This document shows positions 13,401 through 25,597 of a stretch of 64,000 nucleotides of DNA, piece by piece; positions within the stretch are counted from its first letter, which is position 1, and each line of letters starts with the position of its first letter. Source of the DNA: Dimorphilus gyrociliatus (lineage: Eukaryota; Animalia; Annelida); contig CAJFCJ010000006.1 of assembly GCA_904063045.1 (NCBI GenBank), positions 4,976,408 through 5,040,407 on the forward strand. The letters are read 5' to 3'. Below the pieces are notes generated by a model that saw nothing but the letters and a program-made list of their open reading frames with translations, made no database searches and had not been told where the DNA came from. The translations under genes and the position numbers were made by a program.

Positions 13401-14873
13401 CTAAAACCAAACAGGTTACCAATCCAACTTTTCTTTCCTTATTGACATCGGCTTCAGCAGTATCGAGCAGTAGTCGTATAACACTTTTGTAGCCATGTCG
13501 TATAGCCCAATGAAGGGGAGTAGAGCCTTTGTCGTTAGATAGGTTAATATCAGCTCCACATTTAATGAGATGTCTAACAGTTTCCACTCTATTGAATCTG
13601 GTTGCCCACAATAATGGAGTATCGTTTTTATGATTAGTGGTATTTACACTAACTCCTCCAAGTCTATGTAGTAGTTCAACAATCTCTGTCTTTCCCAATG
13701 CAGCTGCCATGTGCATAGCAGACATTTCCCTAGGCCTAATACCTTCGAATTGTATAGTAGTTGCCTCTTCTCCATAGTTACGCCTTTTTTCCAAATCTTC
13801 CACCTTCTCCAAAAGAGTCTGTAGTGTTTGTATATCACCTAACAATAAATTGAAAGAAACACTATTTACACAATTTTCAATACTAATTATTGAAATTAAT
13901 TATTAAGTATTTCTGAGAAATGAAAAGTAAACTAATAGGAAGTTGAACTATACCCTTTTCCGTTAGAATATGAATGACTCCCTTAGTGCTTCTAATACCA
14001 GATACTTGTATTTCGAATGTTTCAAAAATTTGATCAATTTCACAAATACTAAATAAATATAAAAGGATATTTGTAGCCCCTTTTTCGGCGGCGAAATGTA
14101 TTAGGCTACGTCCAACGTTATCCCTTAAATCGCTATCCGTCAAACTGATACCAGTTGCCTTTAATTTATTGACTACGTCTTTCAGCTTGTTCTCGTCCCT
14201 AGACGCAACGGCGTTGAAGAGGTTGTCCCGCCACTTAACTTTCCTCTTTAGGACTTCCTCGCTCGATCCATTCTCACGGAAATTTTTTTTTGGCGGCGAA
14301 GATACAGGATCAGATGATATAATTTCAAATACGTCCAACTCTTTTGTCGACTGTTTTCAAGTGTTTAATATTCAAGATAAGGTCAATGCAATTAAAAACG
14401 ATTTTCCTTTTAAAAATAAAAAAAGAGAATTTTACAGGCCAATTTTCAAAGAACATATTTTTAGAATATTACGAATAAAATAGACAAAACATTCTTTTTC
14501 ATGGTCGTGCTCTTTACTTTTTTCCCCTCTGCACCTATTCATGATAACTATTGGGCTTAGTGTAATAACCTCTATCTTACCTTTCACTATATATCCCTCT
14601 CCCCCTCTCCCTCGCTCCGTCTTTCTTCCACTTCATTATTTCATATTTATCTCTCTTTTAAATACTTTATCTGTTTTATTGGAGAAATTAAATAGTCGAT
14701 TTGTCCTTTTTGGCTATATATCCTTCTCTTTTTGTATATATATTTACGAAATGTTAAATATTATTGTAAAAATCGTGACGACTTACATTCGTCTGCTGCA
14801 GCACTGCTACGTAGTCTTCGTCCAAATTTGGATTATCGGCCAATTGTTGATTCAAACTTCCCGCAAGAAGCAT
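10470..14873 (-). CDS. TRP cation channel with TRPV-type transmembrane domain and about 17-18 N-terminal ankyrin repeats, about 1270 aa, 4 coding exons
   Basis: Exons approx. 14873-14787, 14350-13946, 13839-12538 and 12470-10470; the 67-bp intron 12471-12537 fuses the two long ORFs in frame. Six TM helices, FTKGF...IIRDCVRF linker, pore AFNMMIGMS, S6 LLNLLIAMMNDSY, TRP helix WRVGSIRMALKLE. Confidence 0.9.
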
Positions 14874-15562
14874 TGTAAAAATGTCTACTTTTATCTCTTG
14901 CTAATCCGTTTCTAGAAGAAATTCAAAAATAATAGACATTTTAAGTTTTAATGAATTTTTTTAAAGTAAGGCATACCTTGTGAAGAAATTAGAGAAGAAA
15001 TAGAAAAAAGTTGAAACTCTACCGCCCCTTGTTTGTTTAGTACTTCTAGCAGATGAGGTACCATAAGCATAACTTTTATTGAGTACTAATCAGCGACAGT
15101 TGAACACCGAACCACACAATTTAGTTGTTTGATCTTCATTCAAACCTCGTGTTCAAAGCTTAAACCGAGGTACAAGATATGAGTGCAGACGTCACTCCCA
15201 CACACGTCTTTGGAGATATATTTAGAAAAGAAATTGAGGCCCCTCGCCAATGTCCTTTCGTACAGCTTATCTAACATTCTATTCATATTCTTTTCGTAGG
15301 CAAGCGCGACAATTCGGTTAATGTTCAGATATATAGGTTTTTATTTTTTTCAATAAATGCACTATATTATTATTAATAATGTTATTATTAATGGAATATT
15401 ATATATATTTATAATCTTTTTCTCCCCAAAATATCTTACTCATTCAATCACAATAGATTAAATAGACAGTGAACAAATTTCTCTCTTTATATTTTTTTTA
15501 CCACAGAGGTCAAGTGTAAATTTTTCTCCTTCTTTCACTATAGGTTCTTCAACCTTTCTGTC

Positions 15563-15564
<2 letters not shown>

Positions 15565-15613
<49 letters not shown>
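15565..15613. repeat. (CT)n microsatellite
   Basis: Direct inspection of the sequence. Confidence 0.95.
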
Positions 15614-15615
<2 letters not shown>

Positions 15616-15735
15616 TTCTATGTCTTTCTTTTATCTCCATTTGTATTTATACTCTTTTTATTAAATACTAAATCGGCTAAAGAATTATCCTAACTTCAAT
15701 ATAAACTTGTAATTATTCCTTATCTCTTAATGTAT

Positions 15736-16389
15736 TTAGGCGTAATCCGAATCGAGTTGAATTGTAAACGACCAATCTTTTCGTTCAGTTGTCAATGATT
15801 TCCTTTCTCTATTATTTGTTCCTAGATTCTCTTTTCCTTTTCGCTTTAAATCTTCTCTGTTGGTCTTATTGGTCTGTCGTTTTAGAGATGAGTAAACTTG
15901 ATCCGATGGCGAAGCTAGAAGACCATCCTGATAGTGGGTCATTAGTCTCAATTGTTCTGTAGCCAACTTTATCGTATCGAACTTTAACAGTTGCATTCTA
16001 AATAAGGAAGGAGAAACAAAAAAGATGATTGCAGAATATTAAAATCTAACAGTATAGAACATGCTTTAGATACAATATAATGGAAATGGTAATTAATTTA
16101 ATTTAATTTAATTTAATTATTTGTTTCCTCAAAATAGAGATAACTAATGGACATACTCTTCCACAGATCCGCTTTTATCTTCGTCCTTTCTGTAAGATAA
16201 AATATAGAAAAAAATCATAATTGATCTCTAGGTCTTACAAATTTATTAAATTTTTGATTACTTTGTTCCTCCTCGACATAAGAGGCAATAAGCAAACACT
16301 AATAAAATCAGTAGGCATACGCACAACGGTATCACAACGATAAGAACAAAATCAGTATAAAGTGATTTCTCAGACAAGTTGTCGATCAT
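15736..16389 (-). CDS. Alpha/epsilon-sarcoglycan-like single-pass membrane protein lacking the ectodomain, about 140 aa, 3 coding exons
   Basis: Exons 16389-16262, 16189-16157 and 15997-15736 splice in frame (GT-AG, phase 2/2) to MIDNLSEKSLYTDFVLIVVIPLCVCLLILLVFAYCLLCRGGTKKDEDKSGSVEEMQLLKFDTIKLATEQLRLMT... This follows the SGCA/SGCE pattern DF...P..v.Lll...lAY.mC.R.G......iQ.v....I...TeeLR.M. Confidence 0.7.
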
Positions 16390-17747
16390 TGTATGAATCT
16401 TATTAAAAAGTCGAGTATTCGAGATAAACCATTTCTCTTTAGCTTGATCAACTTCTATGCTGTAAAACTATAGCTATAAAACAGGATAGAGGGAGTTGAA
16501 GGGCAAAATAGAACATGATACGGAAAGAACGGGGGGAAAGGGGGCAGGAGAGTGAGTGGGCGAGTATATATATATATGTGTGTGTGTACGTCTATAAGTG
16601 AAGCATATACACTCACAGGTCTTAGAGCTATGTTATTTAAAGAATGGAGGATAAAGAGAGACAGACAGACATACATGCAGATAGAGACAGAGGCATATAG
16701 GAAGAGAGAGTGTGTGTATGTGTAGGTGTATATGTGTGTACGTGGGCATGAAAGAGAAAGCCGGAGAGAAAGAGAGAGAGAGAGTGCATATGAATTTGAG
16801 GTAATGGAAGTGTTAGAAAATAGATCAAGAAAATTATGTAGCATAATAATATATACATATAGCATAATGAAAGAAGCAAAGTTTACATTAGTATATAACT
16901 ATATGACGTGTATATTTCTTATTAAATAAATTTCTCTTCTTCTCTAAGGTTAGGTATGTCAAATAAAAACAGTCTCTTCCTACACTGCTTTAGCTATTCT
17001 GCACTTTTGTAGTTGATAGTGTTAGGCCTAAAAGATTGATACCGTTGATGCTGCCATCTCTCTTTCGGGAGTTTAGAGGAGAACAGAAAAGGTAAAAGAA
17101 AGAAAAAAAAATTAGAATAGAAAGCTCAATAAAAAGGATAATGCTCAAATAGCCGCGAAATTTGTTAGAAGATATTATATTGTATATTAATATAAATGGT
17201 TTTGCGTACATAACTGATGTAGCTGTACAAGCTGTATATGATTTTTTTGTATTTACAAAACTCCTGTATATACACGGTTCGTTAGAGCTTATGAATTGTT
17301 TACGACGTCGCTTTTAGATCGTGCTTTCTATTTTTCACGCACTGACATCTAACATGATAACCCTATATAAATTCACAATAGAGTCGTTGTTCCAACAGCA
17401 CCTCCAACGTTTAACTCTTCCCCACATTAATTGTCCTGCTCTGTTTATTCTTCTTCACTATTAAAATACTGCTGCTTCTTCATTTCCTTATTATCATCAC
17501 AGGACTGTTATTGTGAAAGTTGTATTAACCTTTATCTTTCGACTTCTATTATGTCTTTAAATATATTTCTTATTATTATTTACCGTTCTATATATATATA
17601 TATATATTTAATAGTTATTTATCACATTGATTTCTATTGTACTACTATATTTTCTTCATAGTTTTTCTCAAAACGGACTGATTGATTAATTGACAGCTGT
17701 CTATCTCCAAGTTTCAACACAACTTAGTTTTGTTGTCTGAAGAGTGA

Positions 17748-18872
17748 CTATAGTGAAGTTGTTGCAGTCTTACGATTAGTTTCCTGCCTTGGAACTTTTG
17801 ACCAGCCTGCTCTAGTTTTAATGCAAAATATTTCCGTAAAAGTCTTCCTGAACTGAGTCGACATGGTGCAATAGAGAACAAAATTAATAGAATTATTTAA
17901 TAAAGCTGTAATATCTAAGAGATCACCAAGCGGTTGGTAAATTCGGGCAAAGAAAGTTGAATCGAAAGCGGAACAAAGCGTTAGAATACCCTGAGGCAAT
18001 TCTGTAAGAAGGAATAGGACGACAACGGCAAAGAGCATTGCAGTTGTTCTATTGTGCTCTCTAGCCCTATCCGACTCGGCTCTTCTACCTTGTTGTTTCA
18101 ATTGAGCTCTTCTATTGGCCGCTTTTTTCATTTCAATTATGAGTAGGACGGTGAGAACAGTAAGCAAACAACAAGGTACTAACTTAATGAGAATAGCTTG
18201 AATCCAAAAATTTAAATTTTTTACTTCGTTAATACCGTCTCCAAATCCGTAATAGATTTCGTTGTTTTCGTCAACGTAGCGTTTAACAAACGTCTGTAAA
18301 CAATTAGGTATGCAAATTGCGCTCGTTAGAATATAAATAGCGCCTGTTGTATATTTCGCTCTTCTAAGTGAACATAATATTACTCCGCTGGTTGGAAATC
18401 TTATGTAAAGGTAACGAAATATAGCCAAATTTATAGTTAACCAAATTGCTATAGTATGGCAAACTACGCTAAAGTTTATTTGGAAGAGCATATAAAATTG
18501 CCATGACATTGAATAAGAGGACGGAAACGGCAGATTCGATGGTTTGAGTATATAAAAGTGTAGAGAACTTGGTAAATAAGTAACCATCGTTAGAAGATCA
18601 GCTACTGCTAGCCACGTCAATATTATATTCGATGATGTTATCATACTCTTTCTTGTCAAGACTATTATATTTGCCAAATTGGAGAATGTACCAAACAACG
18701 AAACTACAGCACTCAAATAACCATGAACATCCGCGTAATTTCGGCTAAATTCTTCTAGACCGACCGGAATTTTGACGATATTACTAGAATTATTCATTTC
18801 GAGGAGACGCCGCAGAATGCTTCCTCTTCTACTCTCTTCTGTAATTTGTACCGTCGCGCCCCTAACGCCCAT
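17748..18872 (-). CDS. Class A peptide GPCR of the myosuppressin / DMSR / sex-peptide-receptor-like group, intronless
   Basis: 374-aa ORF with 7 TM helices. HGYLS...FGTFSNLANIIVLTRKSM, LAVAD, FRY at the DRY position, ELPQG and NSINFVLY are typical of this receptor group. Confidence 0.88.
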   Translation of the reverse strand: MGVRGATVQITEESRRGSILRRLLEMNNSSNIVKIPVGLEEFSRNYADVHGYLSAVVSLFGTFSNLANIIVLTRKSMITSSNIILTWLAVADLLTMVTYLPSSLHFYILKPSNLPFPSSYSMSWQFYMLFQINFSVVCHTIAIWLTINLAIFRYLYIRFPTSGVILCSLRRAKYTTGAIYILTSAICIPNCLQTFVKRYVDENNEIYYGFGDGINEVKNLNFWIQAILIKLVPCCLLTVLTVLLIIEMKKAANRRAQLKQQGRRAESDRAREHNRTTAMLFAVVVLFLLTELPQGILTLCSAFDSTFFARIYQPLGDLLDITALLNNSINFVLYCTMSTQFRKTFTEIFCIKTRAGWSKVPRQETNRKTATTSL

Positions 18873-19522
18873 TGGGTAGATGTAAGCCTATCGTAACTCT
18901 GATTGGCTCGTCTCTTCTATAGGCCATTAGTTTTTAAAAATTGACACGATTTCTCTTTTACTCTCAGTTCCGTAATCGCCTTTTGTGCCTCAGCTAGGAA
19001 AGAAACAAAAAAAGAAAGCAACTGCAAAATCTTTTAACTTTTTCTTTATAAAGTATGCACTTCATATTAACAGTAGGACGGTAATCGCAGAAGACTGCAA
19101 AATGCTATATCAAGTGACGGCTTTAACGCATCCAAGATATTTTTCTTATTCCTCCCAAACTGCATAGTATTTCTTTCTACTCCTCTTTCACCCTCTTATT
19201 TCTATCCTAACATCTTAAACTTGACAACAAAATAAAGTAATCTCATCGATTCACCAGTGGAATTGCGCTTTTCTATTTTCGACAGGTTGAATAGAAAATA
19301 GAAAAGGAAAGAGGGACGAACCGTCAAAACGATTAGCGATATAGGCGGACATAAATTTTGTCTACAAACATACGGCGAAAGCCATTGACGTCGAATAATT
19401 GAGCGTTGTTTACACTCTCTCTACAACGTTCGTCAGTTTGCATCAGATTGCACTTCTAGCAGAAGTTTTCTATATACCAACTTATTGATGTAAATTTGCA
19501 GATATAAACTGTAAATGTGCAC

Positions 19523-19542
19523 AGATAGATAGACAGATAGAC

Positions 19543-19575
<33 letters not shown>
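19523..19575. repeat. (GATA)n / (GACA)n tetranucleotide microsatellite upstream of the GPCR
   Basis: Direct inspection of the sequence. Confidence 0.93.
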
Positions 19576-20503
19576 TGCATATATACGGTATATGCATATA
19601 ATGGGAATATATAGCATATTAAAAAGAGAAAAGTATCACAGTTGTTTTTAGGAATAAATTAGTAATATCAATTAGAAACATACTTCAATTTCCTAAACTA
19701 AAACTTTTAATGACGTAATATGCATCTTTTAAAAATATTAACGTATATCCTTCTCTTATATATTAAAACAACCAACAAATCTAACTCTATCAGATATTTT
19801 CAAACAACAGCGGGATATATATTAGTATATATATATTAGTATATATGTATTAAAGTCATATCTGACTACCGTTTCATCCGATTTGTTTGTCAACCTTTCT
19901 AAATCGGCGTATTTTTTTCTGCACCTTTATAAATTGCAGTTATACTCAATAATCACCAGACTTATATTACTGTAAACATCTTATAGTTTACTCAAGCTTT
20001 GCAATATTCATACTGAGGCATCTAATCTCAACTTTCAGCTCTAGGAAAACTGAATATTCGATAAAAACAATACGTATTAGGCGTCTATATGTTTGTATGT
20101 GAGTTTTTCTTCTTTATATCTTAATGATCGAACAGTAATATAATAATCTTCTTTCTTCTTCCATTCCATTAGTACCATCTACTCGCTTTTTTTATACCTT
20201 AGCATAAGGAACAAGTTGTTAATCGACTTAGCAATTCATAGCATCGTAGAAGATGTCTTGATTCTTTGCCTGTATTCGTTTAATATTAGACAAAGCTGAA
20301 CTAACAAGACAGCTTTACTAGATGCTTAGATATGCTAGCCGAGTAGTAGAGTGATAAAGATTGGCGATGGCGAACCTTCTGAAAACCGGACATTGGTACG
20401 ATTTGTGACAAAATTATAGGCAATTTTATATTTATAAACCATGTAATTCATAAATTTATAAATAACAAGTAAAAATTGACGTGTACGACTTAATTGAAAC
20501 GGC

Positions 20504-21723
20504 CTATACAATGTTTAAGTGTACATCCGGTAGAATACCCTGTTCACTTTTATGGGTTTCGAATAAGTCTATCAATTTTTTAACATAGAAACTGTGCAAT
20601 TCGTCAACTTCCTCCTGCGTGGGATTCTGATTCATTTTTACCTCTATCGGTTCACCAAGAATTGTCGTTATTGACGTTCGGTAAGGTAAAAGACCAAACG
20701 TGTAATTGAAAATCCCTCGACCATGAAATATAGGAACACCAAATCCTAGTATCTTGGTTAATCTATGTTGGAATGCGTGTAAGAAGGATCCTTTCTCGCT
20801 CTTCACTTGGACGAAAGTTCTATTCTCTCCAAAGGAGAATGACGGCACTAGATTGGCCCTATGGATTAATATTAAAGAAAAGAAGATAAAAAATAGAAAA
20901 TATTATATATATGTTTATATATATATATAAAGAAGAGATGGAGAGATGACAGACTAAATTTGTGTCCTTTAATATATACTGAACTATATGCATAGTGTAA
21001 ACAACTAATGGAATATCCACCAGACGTCGTACATGCTCTATATACAAAACGTGCTTACCCGTGTTTTATTGCCATTCTAATGAATCCCCTACGATTTTTA
21101 AGAATTAAATTGAAATTGTCTGGATTACATTCTAAGGATTCTCTTGCTCCACCAGGAACCAAAATTAATACGTTTCCACACCCTTCCTTAGTCAAATGCC
21201 ATTCCATACTCTTTCCGCTACATGAACAAGATCCAGTCGTCATAAAGTATTCGCGAAAAAACGGGAAATTGAATTGACCCCTCAGAACCAGGAGAACTGG
21301 TTTCATTCCAGGGAACAATTCACAGAAATTTGTGGCATCAGTAGCAAAATTAAGGAAAGCTCCAATTGCCATGACACCGTGAGGATGATAACCAACAATA
21401 TAATTCTTTGACGGGTCTAGCTCGCTAGTTTTCACAAGCTTAATTGGAAAGTAATCTCTATAATATTTCCAGCAAATCATCTTCCGAAAGAAAGAGACCC
21501 TTCTTCCGCCTTTTTCAGGCGTCTTATAGTCGTATACATACCAAGCCGCATATAATAATATAATCCAATAATATTTTGTAAATAGGAGTACGTAGAGGCT
21601 TATTACAATGCAACCTACGCCAAGAAAGAGAAAACTTATAATAAATTGTAGTATACCAAAGGATTCTAGACGCCTCTGTAGAGGGACGTCCAAAGGTGCC
21701 CATTCTAAGCCTAAGGCTCTCAT
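20504..21723 (-). CDS. DGAT2/MOGAT-family acyltransferase, 2 exons
   Basis: YFPIKLVKT, GYHPHG catalytic motif, LVPGGARE, RRGFIRMAIKHG-ANLVPSFSFGEN, GEPI. The intron 20859-21058 joins the two ORFs in frame. Confidence 0.93.
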
Positions 21724-22304
21724 AATTTCGCCGTATTCTATCTAACTATTTCCTCTTAATTTATATACTCACTCAAGGAGTTGATAAAACAACTCATTAA
21801 TACGTAATAGCGAAAAAAAACTGCTTAACCTTTGCACTCTACGTTAATCTAAGGACTAATGAAAAGGTCAAAAAAACATGTCGCTCTTTGAAGTTTCTTA
21901 AAGATTTTTATCTATAAAAATAAACTAATAGAGAGGAGAGAAAGAAAGATCTCATATTTATTAATTAACGCCTTAAAAATCCATATATCGTAAACAATTT
22001 TCCTAATGAAACAAATATCACTCTAATTATATAAATGTAGTTTACAATGACAAGAAAATTTATTACAAATATCTAGATACAATGAAGATAAAAAGAAATA
22101 GATACGAAAAGAGAGAGAAGAGAGTCATTTCTTTGAATTAATAACACTGCTTATGCAAAAAATAAACAAATAGTAGAGAAAAGGTAAAAAGGAAAAAGTA
22201 GATGCATAATTATTATAGCTACTTTACATTAAACGTTGCTGGCGACACAAAAAAAAAGCACAGTTTCTCTCAATCTGACCTGAGCTTGTTGACTGTAGAA
22301 AAAC

Positions 22305-25300
22305 ATGAATACCTATATTACTTCTATCTTTCTAATTCTTCAATATTTTCTCTTGCTTACTAATGGGAAAAAATTTAAAGTTGGAATTATAATGGTTGAT
22401 AACACTCTATTAAATTATCCGTTCGAAAATGATAAAGTCCAACCGGCAATTGATATGGCTATGGAATTTGTGAAGGATGAATACAACATTGAATTTGAGA
22501 AGTGAGAATATAATAGATTGATATATAATATATATTTAAAAATTAACTCTCCATAGGTTTACTAGAACTTATAATTTTGATTGTAATGACGTTAATTCTA
22601 CTGGTATTGTTGCAAAACTCTATTTTGAAAATCAAGTAGAATATTTAATTGGTCCAGCTTGCAGGTAAGTTTATTTACACTAATTTTTCATTAATGAATA
22701 GCATTATATTATATCAAAGTAGTTTAATTATAGTTACTTATAGTCCACTTTTCGTGTATATTTCCCGTAAGTTATTTGAAATTTTCTTTTTATGAGAGTA
22801 AAGAGAAAATCTCTTACTATTAATGTTTGTTTCGTTTAGTCTGTCTGTCTGTCATTGTCTGATTTTTCTTATTCCTTTTTCTGTTCTTGTTTAGTTTATT
22901 GCACAATAATCTATATTTAGTAAGCAATGGGATAGCAAGGTACTGAAGGTTGGAACTAGTTTTTTTTTTAGAATAACGATACTTCTTTCTTCTTTAGTAT
23001 TTCAATGTATACAGTTTACATACAGTATATATATATAAATACAGTATATGTATGTATACTGTATATATATATATATATATATAGAATGTGAAAAACAAAA
23101 AAGAAGGATAAAGGAATTCTCTCTTTTACTCTTTGGCAAAGAGCCAAAAGAAATTCGACGTTTCATGACTATATTCTTATACTTTGTCGAATATCTTTTG
23201 TTAGTAAAGCAAAAAGAGAGTTAAATAAGGTAGAAATAGATATAATAAAACAATAAATGTCTATGAGATAGCGAAAATAGATGTAAGAGAATATCGTGAA
23301 TAGCATCAAGAACTGATTTGAATAGTGTTGAAACGTCTATTGCAGTACGGACATAATGGCGTGCGGAAAAATAGCGACCTACCTAAAAATGCCGCTAATA
23401 TCCGGAGTCGGTGATTTGGTGACGCCTAAGAACGCCTATCCAACTTTTACGCGCCTCTCTTACAGCTTGGTGAAACAATCGGATTTCGTCTTTAAAATTT
23501 TCGAACGATTTTCCTGGCGGCACATTGCAGTTCTTTACGACATTAGTGATTACCTCTTCTCCTTTCAAGGAGAAGCATTAGTCAATTTATTGAGGCAAAA
23601 TAGCAACTATCCAACACCTTATGATGAAAAATTTAATCCAACTAAAAATCCAGACTATGGATCAATTTTGAACCAGATAAAAGCCAAAGCTCGTGGTAGG
23701 CATAGATAATTACAAAACCTTACTCCCACCCTGTATTTCCGAAATTTTTACATTTCGTAGAGTAAACGTTCATTTTGCCTTTCCTAATGCATTTTCCCTC
23801 CTTTTTCATTCCATTAAACAGTGGTTCTATTGTTCGCTAGTGAGGATGAGATTGTTAAAATTATGCTACTGGCTACTAAAAAGGGGATGATGAATGGTGA
23901 ATACGTTTTCATCACAATTCAACTATATTTTAAACCCAATACGCTCGAATTTTCTCCCAATAAGGAGAAACGTCTGTCATATAAAGATTACAAATCCTTA
24001 CTAATTATCAATTTGAGGCATCCGTCCGGTGAAAAATGGGATAATTTTACAGCCGAAGTTAAACGTCGTGCAAAGAAAGGAGCATTTGCCGAAGACGAGG
24101 AGGTTAGCGTCTTCGTTGGCAGATTTTACGAGAGTGTCCTATATTTGGCTATAGCTTTAAATAAAAGCCTCCAGGACGGTCCAATTACAGATCGTACCAA
24201 AGTTGCCCAAAGGTTATGGAATAATACTTTTGACGGTTTATTGGGAGAAATCTACATTGATAATATAGGTAATAGAATTGCCGATTATACAATGTACTCT
24301 CTGGGTGATAACGGAAAGTTTAAAGTTTGTATAGTTTCCTTTTAAGACTAATAATATCCACTTAAATAATCGTTGATATAAAAGTTGTTTCTTAATAATT
24401 CTTCCTTTGAATAGGAAGTTGCTAATTACTTAGGAACAAGAAAGATTTACGAGGAAGTACATGGTCAATCAATAGATTGGATATTGGGAAAGGCTCCTCC
24501 TGACGTTCCCTTTTGTGGTTTTAAGGGTGACAATCCCGATTGTAACAAAGGTAAACAAAGAATAAAGCTCAGGGTGAATAGATAGTGTAAACTAGAATAT
24601 ATAAATAGAAAAAAAATAGCAAGAGCATCTTACCCTCTCCATATCCATAGTTTTACGCTTTGATGAACTTGGTTCTTTCAGCCAAAGACACTCGAATAGT
24701 GATTATTCTAACTGCTTTAGGAATCGTCCTTTTTGTTTGTATAACAATTTCTATTGTGGTTATCAGATACTTTAAATCGGAATCTGATATAGCAAAAATG
24801 GCTTGGAAAATAAAATTCAATGAAATTCTATTCAATCCTCCCGGTAAGGGTCAAGGACCGTCCCTAATGGCTTTAGGATCAGGCATAGCATCAGATCAGG
24901 TAGGCCTAGCTCAACCAATAATATTAAGTGATACGTACGAATAATCCTCATTATAGCTTAATCACATAAACGTTTAATGGATAAAAAAATTTACAGAAAA
25001 GCAATGGATCACAAATTCAAGGACAAATATTCACTAATACAGGAATTTATCTCGGTCAAACGGTTGCGATAAGGAAGAGTTTCCAATCAAAATTTGAGAC
25101 ATCACGAAAGAATTTACTATTATTAAAGAGGGTAACTATAGTAGTTAATGTATAAAATATATCTTTTATTCCATTTTCACAGAGTATAGTAATACGATAG
25201 CAATGACTTAAAAAAATCTATATAACACTCTTTACATTCGCACTAGTTAAGTAAGGGGTTATAATTTTATTGTAGTAGAAAGGTAAAGAGACCAAAGAAA

Positions 25301-25558
25301 AACCATTACAAACAAGTCATTTATGCATAGCTAACACGGTTTAAATTAATGTTGCATTAAAAAATGAAAAAGAACATGTATAGCTTTTAACAGCAAAAAA
25401 AAAGAGTCATATCGTTTTTCATTGAGCATTGATGTTTGTTTCTATGATATACATCATGTTCCAACTTATACAATGAATATACTGTATATATCAAATATGT
25501 TTTATTAGTCTTTTTAATAGTTGAAAGTATAAAAATTATCAAAGAATGAGCTAAACTT

Positions 25559-25597
<39 letters not shown>

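Noticed and set aside
15736-15996. Neuropeptide precursor reading of the ORF because of its KR/RK dibasic sites
   Set aside because: There is no signal peptide or repeated amidated motif; it splices in frame to an upstream TM exon with a sarcoglycan signature.
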